Origin: Octopus bimaculoides
Taxonomy: Eukaryota
Direction of reading: 5' to 3'
NCBI RefSeq assembly: GCF_001194135.2
Contig: NC_068986.1
Coordinates: 72,655,471-72,719,470, forward strand
DNA length: 64,000 nt
Below the pieces are notes generated by a model. The model did not search any database, was not told the DNA's origin, and saw nothing but the letters and a program-made list of their open reading frames with translations. This document shows, piece by piece, positions 1 to 13,700 of the stretch; the stretch's first letter is position 1; the number at the start of each line of letters is the position of its first letter. The translations under genes were made by a program, and so were the position numbers.

Positions 1-240
1 CAAGTAATACAAGAAGGTATCATACCTTGTAACTGGTATTGCAGTATCATCACAAACTGCTGCAAAGGCAAAGGAGATGGCTTAGAGAGAGAAAATTATA
101 GAGGAATCTAACTACTTGAACAGGTTATGAAGGTCACAGAGAGCCATAGCGCAATTGATTCATAACAGAGTAAACATAGATGAAATGCAATTTGGCTTCA
201 TGCCCAGAAGAGGTTCTGCAGTAGAAATACTGCAGTTCAT
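1..240 (+). mobile_element. Decayed RTE-clade LINE reverse transcriptase fragment
   Basis: Translates QVIQEGIIPCNWYCSIITNCCKGKGDGLERENYRGI*LLEQVMKV...DEMQFGFMPRRGS, with a stop and a frameshift. It is homologous to the RT N-terminus of the element at 2962-3285. Confidence 0.85.
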
Positions 241-1252
241 TTCCAATCTTCTGTGAAAACATTTCAGGCCATGGGAAAATACTGTCTTGCTTAGAAACAA
301 ATGAGTTAGCAAGAAAAAGGGTGTCCAGCTGTAGAAAATCTGTTGCAACAAATTCATTCTGACCTATGCAAGCATGGAAAAGTGGACTTTAAAATGGTGA
401 AGCTAGCCTCACCATCACATCACCTTACATGTCCCCAAGTGGATTCCAATCTTTTCATCACCACAGCACACACTCCTCTGGGTTACTTCTATTGCCACTC
501 TTTATCTCTTACCTTTATTTTACTACCTGCCCTTACACCTCTAGGATATCTTCACTGCACCTACCTATTTCCCCCCAATTCCTCTTTCTCCATCCTCTCC
601 TCTGCTCTTCCTCGTCATTCTGGAAAGTACTTCTATGGTACCCAACAATATCTTTTTTCCTCTCATCCTCTAACCTCTCCCCCTCAATTTCTCTTCTCCC
701 TCAACACCTTTTCTCATCTTTCCCCTTCTGACTTACCACCATACTTCACTTCAATGACTCATTATTCCTCTCCATCCTAGTCTATTGCTCCCTTCCTGTC
801 CCCTTTCTCTCATACCGTCTGTCCATACTTGCCCCTTATAATGTCACCACTGTCTCTAATCCCTTCCCTTTCCTTTGTTCTTTGCCAAACTCCCATCTTA
901 TTCTCTTATCTACAATTTTTCATCCCTTCACCTTGGACCATTGCCCCCTTCTCTTCTGGCCTGTCTCAGTTACAGAGGCCTCTTTAAGCTCTTAATGTTG
1001 GTACTATGAAGAAAACACCTAGAGCTTTCTGTAAAGTGGTTGGCATTGGGAAAAGCATCCAGCCATATAAACCATTGGTGCATAATGTCATCCTCCAATT
1101 CACCAAACTCATTCCATCTGTCCAATCCATGCAACATGGAAGCCAGCTTACTATGATTAAGACAGCAAATTCCAGAATCTGTAGTGTATCATCAAATACT
1201 TTGTGTGTCATTGAATACCTTGCAACAATCACACTTGGATGGTGCTCTTAGC

Positions 1253-3923
1253 ACTCTACTCGCACAGATGACAGTCAAGCAGTGCTGTCATCGAATTTGA
1301 TTTCGATTTCACTTGCCTCAACAGGTCTTCGCAAGCAGAGTTTAGTGTCCAATGAAGGAAAAATATGCATAAGTGGGCTGGTTACACCACTGGCATAGGC
1401 CACGGGTTATGGTCTCACTTGGCTTGCCGGGTCTTCTCAAGTACAGCATATTTCCAAAGGTCTCGGTCACTAGTCATTGCCTCGGTGAGGCCTAATGTTT
1501 GAAGGTCATGCTTCACTACCTCATCCCAGGTCTTCCTGGGTCTACCTCTTCCTCAGGTTCCCTGAACTGCTAGGGTGTGACNNNNNNNNNNNNNNNNNNN
1601 NNNNNNNNNNNNNNNNNNNNNNNNNNNNNNNNNNNNNNNNNNNNNNNNNNNNNNNNNNNNNNNNNNNNNNNNNNNNNNNNNNNNNNNNNNNNNNNNNNNN
1701 NNNNNNNNNNNNNNNNNNNNNNNNNNNNNNNNNNNNNNNNNNNNNNNNNNNNNNNNNNNNNNNNNNNNNNNNNNNNNNNNNNNNNNNNNNNNNNNNNNNN
1801 NNNNNNNNNNNNNNNNNNNNNNNNNNNNNNNNNNNNNNNNNNNNNNNNNNNNNNNNNNNNNNNNNNNNNNNNNNNNNNNNNNNNNNNNNNNNNNNNNNNN
1901 NNNNNNNNNNNNNNNCATGTTTCACTGCCATGTAGCATGGTTGTTCATACACATGCATCATACAGTCTACCTTTTACTCTGAGCGAGAGGCCCTTTGTCA
2001 CCAGCAGAGGTAGGAGCTCTCTGAAATTTGCCCAGGCTATTCTTATTTCTTTATTGCCCACAAGGGGCTAAACATAGAGGGCACAAACAAGGACAGATAA
2101 AGGGATTAAGTCAATTATATCGACCCCAGTGCGTAACTGGTACTTAATTTCTCGACCCCCAAAGGATGAAAGGTAAAGTCGACCCCGGCGGAATTTGAAC
2201 TCAGAATGTAACGGCAGACGAAATACTGCTAAGCATTTCACCTGGCGTGCTAATGTTTCTGCCAGCTCGCCCAGGCTATTCTTAATCTAGCAGCTACACT
2301 TTCAGAGCACCCACCCCTGCTACTGATTTGGTCGCCTAGGTAACAGAAGCTATCAACTACTTCTAGTTTTTCTCCCTGGGATGTGGCATAAATTGTTCTC
2401 TGCACATTTTCAGTGTTTATTGCTCCTGAGCATCTGCCACATACAAAAACTATCTTCCCAGTTAGCCTTCCTTTAATATTGCTGCACCTCTTATGTGTCC
2501 ATAGCTTACACTGAGTACATCTTATGGAGTTTCTACCTATGCCTCTTCTACAGATCGAGCAGAGCCATCTACCTGAAGGGATTTGTGGTTTGTCTACTTT
2601 CCTACTTATTAGGACTTTGGTTTTAGCTAGGTTGACTCTAAGGCCCTTCAATTCTAATCCTTGCTTCCACACCTGAAACTTCTAGTTCTGATAGTGACTC
2701 AGAAATTAGAGCAAGGTCATCAGCTTAGAGGAACTACCAGGGGCATCCTGTCTTGAATTCCTCTGTTATTGCCTGGAGGACTATGATAAATAGGAGGGGA
2801 CTGAAGACTGAACCTTAGTGGACCCCTACCTCTACCCGGAATTCTTCACTGTACTCGTTGCCAACCCCCACCTTACTGACAGCATCCCCTGTACATGGTT
2901 GCACAGCTCTCACTAACCATTCATCTATCCCTAGTTTCCTCATTGACCACCAGATAAGGGATCAGGGAACCCTGTCAAAGGCTTTCTCCATGTCAACAAA
3001 AGCCAGGTACAGAGGTTTATCTTTGGTTAGGTATTTCTCCTGCAGCTGTCTTACCAGAAATATAGCATCAGTGGTGCTTTTCCCTGGCATGAACCCAAAC
3101 ATCTCATCTAAACTGACTCTCACTCTAATTAGTTGGGCTATGACCCTCTCCGTGAACTTCATTACCTGATCCAACAACTTGATACCTCTGTAATTATTTG
3201 TATCTAAAGCGTCACCTTTATCTTTGTAGCAGTTGTCTATGGTGCTGCTACACCAGTCATTGGGTATGACTCCTTCATGTATCACCTGGTTAACTATACG
3301 GGTGACTAAGCCATAGAGCCGACACCGCCAGATATTTTGAGCATCTCTGCGGTGATTCCTGATGGGCCGGGGGCTTTCCCTGACTTTATACTCTTAATTG
3401 CTTTATCTACCAAGGTACTGTCAATTTGGATAGCTGGTCCCTCTGTTGGGTCGACATTCGGCAGACTCTCTTTCTCCCATTCATTCTCTTTATTGAGCAA
3501 CCTTTCATAGTGGCGTCTCCAGACCTCTCTCTTTGCAGCCTCATTTAGTGCAAGTGAACCATCATTCATGCAGACACATTACTCTCCTACGACATCACGG
3601 TTCTCTCTCACACACTGTCTTGCAACATGAAATACCTCAAGTCTTTGGTCCTCAAGGCGCAGGATATGGCAAATTTTTTCTTATTTGCTTCCCCTCTATC
3701 TCCTAGCTTCTCTTCTGGCAGTCTGACACAATTCCCTGCTACATCGTTCTTCCAGTCCTTCCAAGCCTGTTTCTTTTTTCTAATAACCCTGTCAACAACA
3801 TTGTTCCACCACCACGTTACCTTGGGTCGAGAGGGGACTTTGCACCATCCACAGATCTGGTCAGTGGCCCTCAGCAGGTTGTCTCGTAGAAACCTCCAGT
3901 TGTCTTCCACATCATGTGATGCT
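1253..3923 (-). mobile_element. 5'-truncated, inactivated RTE-clade LINE (ORF2 RT region plus 3' UTR), interrupted by a gap and a SINE
   Basis: Collinear ORF pieces: KAPGPSGITAEMLK (3306-3569); NYRGIKLLDQVMK...FGFMPGKSTTDAI...AFVDMEKAFDRVP (2962-3285); YADD mutated to *ADD (2716-2727); GLRVNLAKTKV plus a Cys/His finger (2250-2672); LHGSET (~1920); C-terminal GRGRPRKTWDEVVKHDLQTLGLTEAMTSDRDLWKYAVLEKTRQAK* (~1410-1580). Boundaries approximate. Confidence 0.92.
2046..2268 (-). mobile_element. tRNA-derived SINE (Meta-domain-like core) with 16-bp target site duplication
   Basis: The minus strand has A-box-like GGCAGAAACATTAGC, B-box-like GAGTTCAAATTCC and the core GGTCGACTTTACCTTTCATCCTTT. Direct repeat GCCCAGGCTATTCTTA at 2030-2045 and 2269-2284. 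Confidence 0.88.
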
Positions 3924-3938
3924 ATTATTGTTATTATT

Positions 3939-4413
3939 TACATAAGGTGGCAAGTTGGTAGAATTATTGGCATGCCAGACAAAATTCTTAGTGGCATTTT
4001 GTTCATCTTTACTCTCTAACTTCAAAATTCTGTGAAGATTGATTTTTGTCTTTCATCCTTTTTTGGGGGAGGTGGGGGGTCAGTAAAATAAATACCAGTT
4101 GAGCACTGTCCCCTCCCTTAAAATTTTAGGCCATGTGTCTAGAGTAGAAAGGATTATTGTGATTATTATTATCATTTACATAAGGTGGTAAGCTGGCAGG
4201 AATGTTAGCACACTGGATAAAATGCTTAGCAGCCTTTCATCCATCTTTACCCTCTGAATTCAAAGGCCATCAAGGTCAACTTTGCCTTTTACCATTTTGA
4301 GATCAATAAAATAAGTATCAGTTGAGCACTGAGATCAATGTAATTCACTTGCTCCCTCACCTAAAATTTCAAGACTTGTGCCTACAGTAAAAAGGAATAT
4401 TATTATTATCATT
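3939..4413 (+). mobile_element. Two older head-to-tail copies of the Meta-type SINE
   Basis: Two units each begin ACATAAGGTGG, contain TTTG(T/C)CTTT..AATAAAATAA(A/G)TA(C/T)CAGTTGAGCACTG and end in (ATT)n tails. Confidence 0.7.
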
Positions 4414-7400
4414 TACTAGTAATATGGTCTGTTGTTTTATGCAGGAAATAAGTGATATTTTGCTTTATTGAAATATGGGAATATTATTAGTTTAATGCCT
4501 GTTTTTATTTCTGTAAACAATATTCCCTAAATAGGAAATTTTTGACAAACAAACATTTTCAAAACTGGAACACCTGTGATATCCTCTTGATCTAGTAAAT
4601 TGACTTTCATCAACAAAAAGCTTTATGTGCAAAGACTCTCCAACTCTACTGAGAAAAACATACAACTGACTATATGTGAACACTGTAGTAGGGAGATAAA
4701 TCCTTCATTTTCATAATTTGTCTTTGACTTTTGCTTATTAGCTTGGTGAATAGAGAATTAATGTTCAAATAGAGAATTAATGCTGACTTAAAGTGGAGGG
4801 CAAATGTGTATTGCATAATAGATGTGAGGAATCAACAAAGTACATCCTGGATCAACACCAGTAATTCTGTTGCTTTCATGAAAGTGTCAGTGGCAGATTT
4901 CTTGAAAATGGCAGTAAGGAATTCAACTATCTTTCTGAAATGATGAAAATGAAGGAACTGAAGTGGACAAATATGTGAATCTGAGTTATTTGCATGTTGG
5001 GAAGACTAAGAAAGATAAGTTAGTAAAGAGACAGACACAGATAGTCAGATGGATATAGGTTAGATAGACAGACAGACAAATTACACTTTCTTTTTTTTAT
5101 AAATAGTAACTTTAAAAAAAATTTTTTAAAGAAATTTATGAATGGTAATTTGTATTTATCTTTACTTGCCTACTTACCTGATTTATTATTTCATTTCTGT
5201 CTTTTCTTTATTTTTGACTTAAAACTTTTAGCCGATTAAAATCACATCAATAATGAGGAAACAGAATCATTTGCTTAATTATTAATTCTAGTCTGGAAAA
5301 GCATTGAAATGATCATTAAGCTAATAAGTCATTCCCTTTTCCCTGAGGTAAAATTTTAATTAATTAAATTTTTTTGGCTTACAGCATTATATTAGTACTG
5401 ACCTTAGTATTTGGTTTTCATGCAGATTATCTCCCTAGGTAAAGTCCTTCAATCAACTATAGTATTTTTAAAAAAATAAGATTTGGAAGTAATAAAGAAA
5501 TCGGTATTGTTATCTTGTGGAGGATTACTTACAGTGGTCATGTACATAATATGCTTCTATTTTAACTGAAGAGTTGCAAGTTGATATCTTGGGTAGTGTG
5601 TTGTGTTCTATATTGCAGTAAAGCATGAGGTTTTGGTTGTTGAAGTATGGAAATCAAACTCTCCTTCTACATTTCAAAATAATATTAGATCTTGCAGTCA
5701 GATTCTCAACAACCATGACATTTTATGCTGTCTGTTTTACTTCAGTGTCCAAATTCAAATTCTACTAGTATCAGGTTTTATCTTCCATGCCATCACACAA
5801 TTAAAATATATCATTATTATTCTATTAGTTAATAGAGATGTTGTTCAAGGTTTGGTGACAAGTCTCCTCAAATCTCAAGAATCTTTCTTTGGATTCTTTT
5901 AGAATATAGGATTGTATATTTCTACGGATCAACAGTGCAAGTCTCAATTCCAATAAATTGGAGTTTTGATTGTTTTTCAAGAAGTCTTGATTGCTTTGTT
6001 CTAAAAGCTAACTTTTAGATCTATGACTTAGCGTGCCGTTGTTAAAATCTTTTAATGCTGGAATTTAGAATAAGAATGATTTAGTTTGTCTAGCCTAAAT
6101 ATTATGTGAGAAATACTGCATGGATTTCAGAAACACTCATACTTTTAAGATGTGTTATTTAGTTCAACATTTCACATTTCTAAATCCTAATTCTCCTGAA
6201 TCAATGTTGTTGACAGCCTCATTTTCATTAATATTTTGAGAACTAATTTATTAGCTATTAGCTTTGTTTTAAGTATATAGGTACTAATTATAGCTCTATT
6301 AATAGTCTATGTGTATTAGTTTCTATTATAAGACTTAAATTTCTTTTTTTTTACAAACGGATGTTATCCAAATTCCTTTATGTTATTGATATTTGTATCA
6401 ACCTCAGAAGGATGAAAAGAAAATTTGAACTCAGGAGTATAATTTTAGTGTAATTTGAACGCGGAAGTATAAAGTAATGAACAAAATATTATTGAGTGTC
6501 TAGTTCAACTATTTAAATAGATCGTGGTATCCATTGCACTTTGAACTAAATATCTATAAATTGATAGTCCTAGATTAAATTTGACTATTTTTCACCTACT
6601 GCATCTTTTACACTGTTCTAATATGTTTATATTAAATACCTTGCTTACTAAATGTAATCTATTCACATTATTAAAATTGAAATTACTAAATTTCTTCCTT
6701 ATATATATATATATACAGATGCACACACATTTTCATCACTTTCTAAAATTTTGTTTAACTCTCATGTCCATCTGTCCGTCTCTTATTCCTCTCATTCCAT
6801 TTATGCTATTTCACATGAATATGTTTCCTATACTGGCATAGGTTGAACCAAGTAACTTATTTGAAGTAGTATTTTTATGACCAGGTACCAACTCTTACCT
6901 GTTATTTAAATAAGAAACTTTTTTATTCCACTATTTTAAGAGCACATGGACTGTAATATTTACTAGAGATGCATATATAAAACCACTTTTGGAGTTTTTT
7001 TTATCATTCATCTAACATCATGCAAGTAGTTTAAATGATAACTCTCAGGCACATGCATGTGCACAAAACACACACACACACACACACACATGCATGCATG
7101 CACAAGTTTCCATACCAATTTCATCTAGCAAATTTGCTCACATGGCATTGATTGGTCTGGGGCTAAAGTAGAAAATGTTTTGTACAGAGGGGCTGAACTT
7201 CAAACTTTGTGGAGTGAAACAAACTTCTTGGACACAATTACACAAACACACGTGTGTGTGTGTGTGTGCATGTGTACATGTATATTTAGGATCAATCAAA
7301 ATTGTCTCCTTGTGTAGACATTGTGTACTGATTATAAACAAAGTTCCAGTTCATACAAAACAGTTATTTGTTTGTAATCTGTGGAAACATATCTAGCCAT

Positions 7401-9349
7401 TGAGATCTTCGTATCTGAAGGACTAGGGGAATATTACTTTGCTTGGAAACAGGTGAGAGGTGGTAACAGGAAAAGCATCTGATAGAATATCTGCCTCAAC
7501 AAATTTTTTTTGACCCATGCAAGCATGGGTAGATGTTAAAACTATGACACTAGTAACAAGACAGCTGCTAGAGTTGTCAACACAAATACAGCTATGAGGT
7601 TAAGAAGTTCACTTCACAATCACATGGTTCTACAGTCAATCTCACAGTACAGTACTTTATCAGTGGATTTTGATATGCATGAAATGTACAGAAGCTTTGT
7701 GTGTGCGTGTCCACTGGTGATCCTGAGCATCATTTAAATTAACATTGTTTTGTTTAACATAAGTGCAAAGTAATGTTAAATGAAATACTGCGTATTTATT
7801 TTCCCTTCTCTCTCTGGAATTTTTTTTTTTAATTCATTAAAACTCTTTCAATTAAGGAAAACAAAAATAAATAATGATGAGTAACATTATTTGTTATTCA
7901 AACGAAGTAAATAACAAAAGTAAGTGATTTACACTTACGATATAGAAGTTTTATCATTAAAAGCTTCTTTTAATTAACTTATCAACTGACTAAATTAAAT
8001 AAGTTATTGGACTCTGAAGTTTGATTGAATGATATCAAAATGTTATTGTTCTTTTTTTTTTCTATCCCTTTTTTTTTTTCTTTTGTTATATTTAATTAGA
8101 AAAATAACAATAGAATCAGTACAATTCTTTCTTGATAACTTTCAGTTCTTCTAGACTGACTTTATATAATTTTTTAGAAGGAAATTTTTTTTACATTTAA
8201 AATACATGGTAAGATAATTTTAGAAATTTTATAGCAGTATTCAAAATTTTTAGATATTTATCATGATTATTAATATTGAATATTAGGTCTTGTTTTGCTT
8301 CCTGCTTGTAACTATTTTATTTGTACTACAAATGCTCTCGGCAAAGTTATATACATCAAAACATTCAATTTGTACATGTATCTATGTAAGTGTGTGTGTG
8401 TGTGTATATATTTGATCATTTTAATGACTACATTTCTATGTTAGCATAAATTAAATGAATATATTATCAAATTGTTTTACAACTGGATGCCTTTACTGCC
8501 ACTAATTTTTAACTGTTTTTCAAGTAAGGGTTACCTTATTTCACGTGTCTTTGAAGGCTTGAAACCAATGGGTAACCAATTGACAGGAGAAATTACAGCA
8601 ATGTCACTGCTTGTGGCTTGTGCAATTTCCAGAAAAATGCAAACATAAAGTCACACATACACACACACATGGATTTATTTCAGTTTTCTTCTATGAAATT
8701 CACCTACAAGGCATTTGTATGTATGTATGTGTGTGTGTGGGTGGGGGGGTGAACTTTTCAAAAAGTAACACTTGATACTTTCAGTTGAAGAGAACAAATC
8801 TTATATATTTTTTTTTAGTTTTTTTATTTTCTTTCCTCCTTTTTGCTCTGTATATTCTCTCTTTCAGTTATTGAAACAGTCTACAGACCATGTTGATTAT
8901 CCATCAACTCCTTGATTAAACTTTTGTTATTGCTTGAAGGGTTGTACCACTACAAAAATGTAACCTGTGAAAAATATTTTTGTGTTACTTATTAATAAGC
9001 TATTTTGCATTTTCTAAAACGTAGTAGTGTATATATGTAAAACATATTTGTTAGTTCAATTTGAAGAAACCTATATCATTTATTTGTTCATCAACAAATG
9101 ACAAACATCTAAATGCAGTTATTTAAGAAATCATTTTCTTTTATCTTTTATTATTACATATGCTAACATCTTTTACACACCAGTGCTCAGGAGATTGGTG
9201 GATGAGACAAATTACATAGTAGATAATACACCTTTCTGATTAGTACTAATATACAATTATTCACAAGTTTTCTACTATATATGTAGGTAAACTGATGAAA
9301 GTTAGATTTAAGTGTAACAAGGCCTTATATATGTGTATATTTATATATA

Positions 9350-9393
<44 letters not shown>

Positions 9394-9927
9394 CACCATT
9401 TTAATTTCCCCTTTTCTATGTTTGCATGTAATAGACAGAATTTGTTAAAGTGAATTTTCTAAGGCTGGATACCCTTTCTGTTGCCAGTAGTCAGCTGTTT
9501 TCAAGTAAGGTAATATTTACCCTTGTCTCGATGATCTTTCATGGAAGACTGGAAAAGAATGGCACTGTCTGCATGACAGAGGCATTTGCTTACAACTATT
9601 GCACAATGGTAATGTGGAAGAAAAAGCAAATTTGTTAATTAACTGAATAGCTTTCTTTTGGTTATGTTTATGTGTGTAGAAACAATATAGTCCAAATATG
9701 TCAGTAGTAGTCCTGTGTGAGCAACACTTGTGTAACTGCTCAATGCAGACATACATATTTCTGCTATGTATAATAGTTTACTTTTTGTTTTCTTTAGACC
9801 ATGATTGTGGTTCAGAATATTCATCTTGAAGAATTTCATGCTATATCTGAGGAAAGTAATACTTAACTCTTCCAATTATTTTTATTTTTACTGAGCATTT
9901 AAATTTGTTTCTTTTTTTTTTTTTTAG

Positions 9928-10080
9928 GAAACAGAGACAACTGATCTGGATTTACCTGATGACGATGAACTGGCAGAAGCCTTTGATATGCACTCTCTGA
10001 TTATTTCCAGTCTTAACACAGATGAAGGTCATCTGGCCACTGCTGATGAGGTCATTAATGAAATAGAGCACATGATGCAG
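9928..10080 (+). CDS. FEZ1/FEZ2 (unc-76): FEZ/UNC-76 family coding exon (first one visible), phase 0-0
   Basis: Poly-T acceptor TTTTTAG| and donor CAG|GTAAAT. The 153 nt encode ETETTDLDLPDDDELAEAFDMHSLIISSLNTDEGHLATADEVINEIEHMMQ, matching the FEZ motif DMHS..S....TADQVIEEIEEMMQ. Confidence 0.95.
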
Positions 10081-10150
10081 GTAAATTATAATTGCTTTCT
10101 CCAAATATCAGGTTGAGAAATTATATAATTAAGGAATTTGAAATTTGAAA

Positions 10151-10743
10151 TCTGAAATCGAAATCGAACCGAATCCAACGACTGACACCCATGCCAACCT
10201 CTCCTTCATTGGACACTAAACTCTACTTGCGAAGACCTGTTGGGGCAAGTGAAATCGTAATTGACTTGATGACTGGCATACTCGATGACTGGCACCTGCG
10301 CCAGTGGAGCACTAACAGCACTGTCCGAGTGTGTTCATTGCCAGAGCAGCTGTCTGGCTTCCATGCTAGTGGCCCATAAATAGCACCATTTGAGAGTAAT
10401 CGTTACCTGCATTGTCTTCTAGCACTTGTGCTGATGGCACGTTAGAAAATCATTTGAGCGAGGTCGTTGCCAGTGCTGCTGGACTGGCTCCCATGCAGGT
10501 GGCATGTAAAATACACCTTTTTAAGCGTGGCCGTTGCCAGTACCATGTGACTGGCACATAAAAGCACCCACTACACTCTCGGAGTGGTTGGCGTTAGGAA
10601 GGGCATCCAGCTGTAGAAACTCTGCCAGATCAGATTGGAGCCTGGTGCAGCCATCTGGCTTGCCAGTCCTCGGTCAAATCGTCCAACCCATACTAGCCTG
10701 GAAAGCGGACGTTAAGCGATTATGATGATGATGACGATGATGA
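10151..10743 (+). mobile_element. RTE-tail-derived short retroposon (called family B here) with internal ~65-nt repeats and (GAT)n tail
   Basis: Its 5' part TTCATTGGACACTAAACTCT.CTTGCGAAGACCTGTTG matches the 3' UTR of the RTE at ~1310-1355 (minus strand). It ends ...GGAAAGCGGACGTTAAGCGATTATGATGATGATG. Confidence 0.85.
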
Positions 10744-13700
10744 ATAAATACATATGATTAAGAAACATAATTAAAACATATGTTTTGTAAGTATGTAGTT
10801 CAATACAAAATCATTTACATGGCAGAACTTGTTTTCTACATTTATTTTTTACCTGATGGAATTAACATGTTTTTGTAAATTAAGACATTTGCATATAAAT
10901 TATTCAAATATACCTATGCTTTTCACATTCGTATGATTTATAAACCAACATTTACTAAGTCTTCTCTCTCTCTGTTTCTTCTTTCACTGCTAGTTTGGAG
11001 GAACAGAAATTCCTGTTCTTCCAAACCAGCTAGCTAAATGCTACCTACACCTAATGCCTCATCAATATTGCACCCCAATCCACTCCCATCTAATGTTCCA
11101 TCAATCCTACATCCTATTCATTGTTTCATCATGATTACCTCCATCCAATGCATCACTAATATTGTCCCTATCTAATGACCCATCCAATTCCTACCCTGTC
11201 TTACTCCATCGCACTCAGTATTAAGCACTTTATCTCATCCTTTCTACTTGCAACTAGAGTACCTGCCTGTTCATGTTATTCTTACAATCACTAACCTGCA
11301 GACCAAGTTGAACTAGTCTGAGGGAGCCTGCAATGTCTGTTGATGCTGTCCACTACTAATTTGACTAAATAAAAAAACACATAACACATATGCACACATA
11401 CACTCACTTTCTCTCTCTCTCTCTCACTTGAAAAAGAAATTAGTGTATTATGTACTTGTAACTGACTAAACTGAAGAAATCGAAGTATTGTACCATTCCC
11501 AAGAACACAATATACAAGCTTTTGCAATCATTTGTGACGTAGAACTTTGCAAATGTTTTCCCCAGGTTACACAAAGGCTTTTCATTTAAGATATTCTTAT
11601 AGATTGACAACAAATATGAAAATAAATTCTTGATAGAGAAGCAATACATTTAAGCTCCCTTGAGAAAGTTATTTCTATATTAAAAATTTTTTTAAATCAG
11701 TATAAGTAACTTTTCAAGTTACTTCAGTTTTTTAAAATCTATTTGAAAGTGGGAGTAGTTAAACCTAATGAGGTATCTCAATTTCTGCATGAGAAATGAA
11801 GAAAGATTATGGCAGGAAACTTTCATTTAACCGAGTTTTTAGAGTACCAAATAGTTAACTGACAAATTGTTTGAATATATTCTGTCACTGACAGAGCAAT
11901 GCATCTATGACCAAAATATAATTCACTAAGGGTTAGTAGCATACAAATTTGGTATGTCTTTTGTCAGTTTGCTTTGCTGATGTCACTCAGTATCACCTAA
12001 GGTGTGCTGTAACCATACTGACTAGCCCTAGACATACTAGCATCTTCTGTGGTGATCCAATGTGTTGTAGAATTTACAACCAGATGTACTCTTTTACTTG
12101 TTTCAGTCAGTGGACTACAGCCATACTGGAATACTGTTTTGTAGAGTCAGTCAAACAAATCATGAATTTCAACAAACCAATTGTAACTATTACATTGCCC
12201 TAGGATTATTGTAGTAGTAATCATATCGACAATAACAACAGTCACTAGAGTATATCAAATGTGAAAGCAAGGTTGTAGAAATGTCCTCAATGTTTTTATG
12301 ATATTTGGATCAAATTCTTTCTTATGTGACAGACAGACTTCAGTCAGTATGTTTGTGAATAGGTCTGCAAATCATTCACAGGTTGTCTGGCTACACAGAC
12401 ACTCACACAAACTCATAGACACAGGCTGTCTGACGATGCACATATATACACATCCATTCACATTCACTTATACAAACATTCATATATGTAGATACTCACA
12501 TAGTCACATGCATGCGTGAGCACACACACACACTCATGCACAATCACACAACCATAAACATATATATGCACAGACAGGCTTGTCTGAAATTGACCTTGTA
12601 ATTTCCAGACAATACCAGATACACCCCATCCCTGTAAGACTTTCATGCACATGTATACATCTTTTAGCTTCCACAAATACAATAGTAAGTCAATACAGAG
12701 CACTGCAGGTATTCAGTGGTACTCCATCTATTATTACATATCATACACAGTGTATCCATGCTGGAAGGCTTAATATCATATGGGCCCAGCATCAATGTTC
12801 CAGGTAGAACAAACCTGGGAGCTGTCAAAGTCCAAATAGTTTGGTGCATTATGTGATTATTTGCCTGGTGCAATAATGTTCAGTGCGGGCAATAGAAGTA
12901 CCCATTATTCTGCAGTATTGGCTTGTGTAATAGAGACAATTGGCTTGAGTAATAGTGAAAATCATATAACATAAGAGTATCTTGAAGAGACATGCTTTTG
13001 TCGTATAAAGCATAAAAAGTATCAATAACAGTTTCTGTATTTCTTATGAATATATAATACAGCTTGCCTGTTCAGAGTTATGATGATTATTATCAAACCA
13101 CATGGAGTATAGGAATAGTGTGGAAGCATTTCCCAATCCCAAGCCTTTTGGCCATGTGTTGTGCCTTCCAGCACACTTTTAAATTACATATGCACTTATA
13201 TAGATACATGTGTATATATGTATATATATTTGATTAACTTTCACACAGTTCCCATTGCCCAAATTCACTAACTAGGCTTTAGTTGGCTCAGGACTGTAGT
13301 AGAAGACATTTACCCAAGGTGTTATACAGTAGGACTGATCCCCAAACCATGTGGTTGCAAAACGAATTTTTGAAACAGCTATATCTGCACCATCAAAATA
13401 ATATTTACTCAACCACAAAATTTTGTGGCATGAGTGGAAGAATTGCTGAAGATTTGTTAATTATTTTTTTTCATAAGATCTTTCCAAATTTGTACAAATA
13501 TAGATGTTAGAAGTGAAGTGGCTGACTTAGGATATTAAGAGTCATGTATTATTTATTTCTATCCTATTTTGTTCTTTATATATCTATTTATCTAGCTGAA
13601 GAAAAGATACAAAGCATTATAAGAAGTAATATACAGTAGCAAATTCCAAATATCAGTTGAGCTTCCTTAATAAGCCATTGGTTAATATAGTCATTAATAT

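Noticed and set aside
343-960. 145-aa and 100-aa Ser/Leu/Pro-rich ORFs
   Set aside because: CT-rich low-complexity DNA with no splice signals or recognisable motifs.
1495-2071. ORFs containing X runs (also 24097-24885, 26207-26766, 32885-33276, 49994-50380)
   Set aside because: They stay open only because N gaps hide stops. The 49994-50380 ORF is also in a different frame from the real RS-domain exon.
4420-9927. Search for the preceding FEZ exon (W..LTDN motif)
   Set aside because: No spliceable frame with FEZ similarity was found, so it is probably upstream of the window. A micro-exon cannot be excluded.
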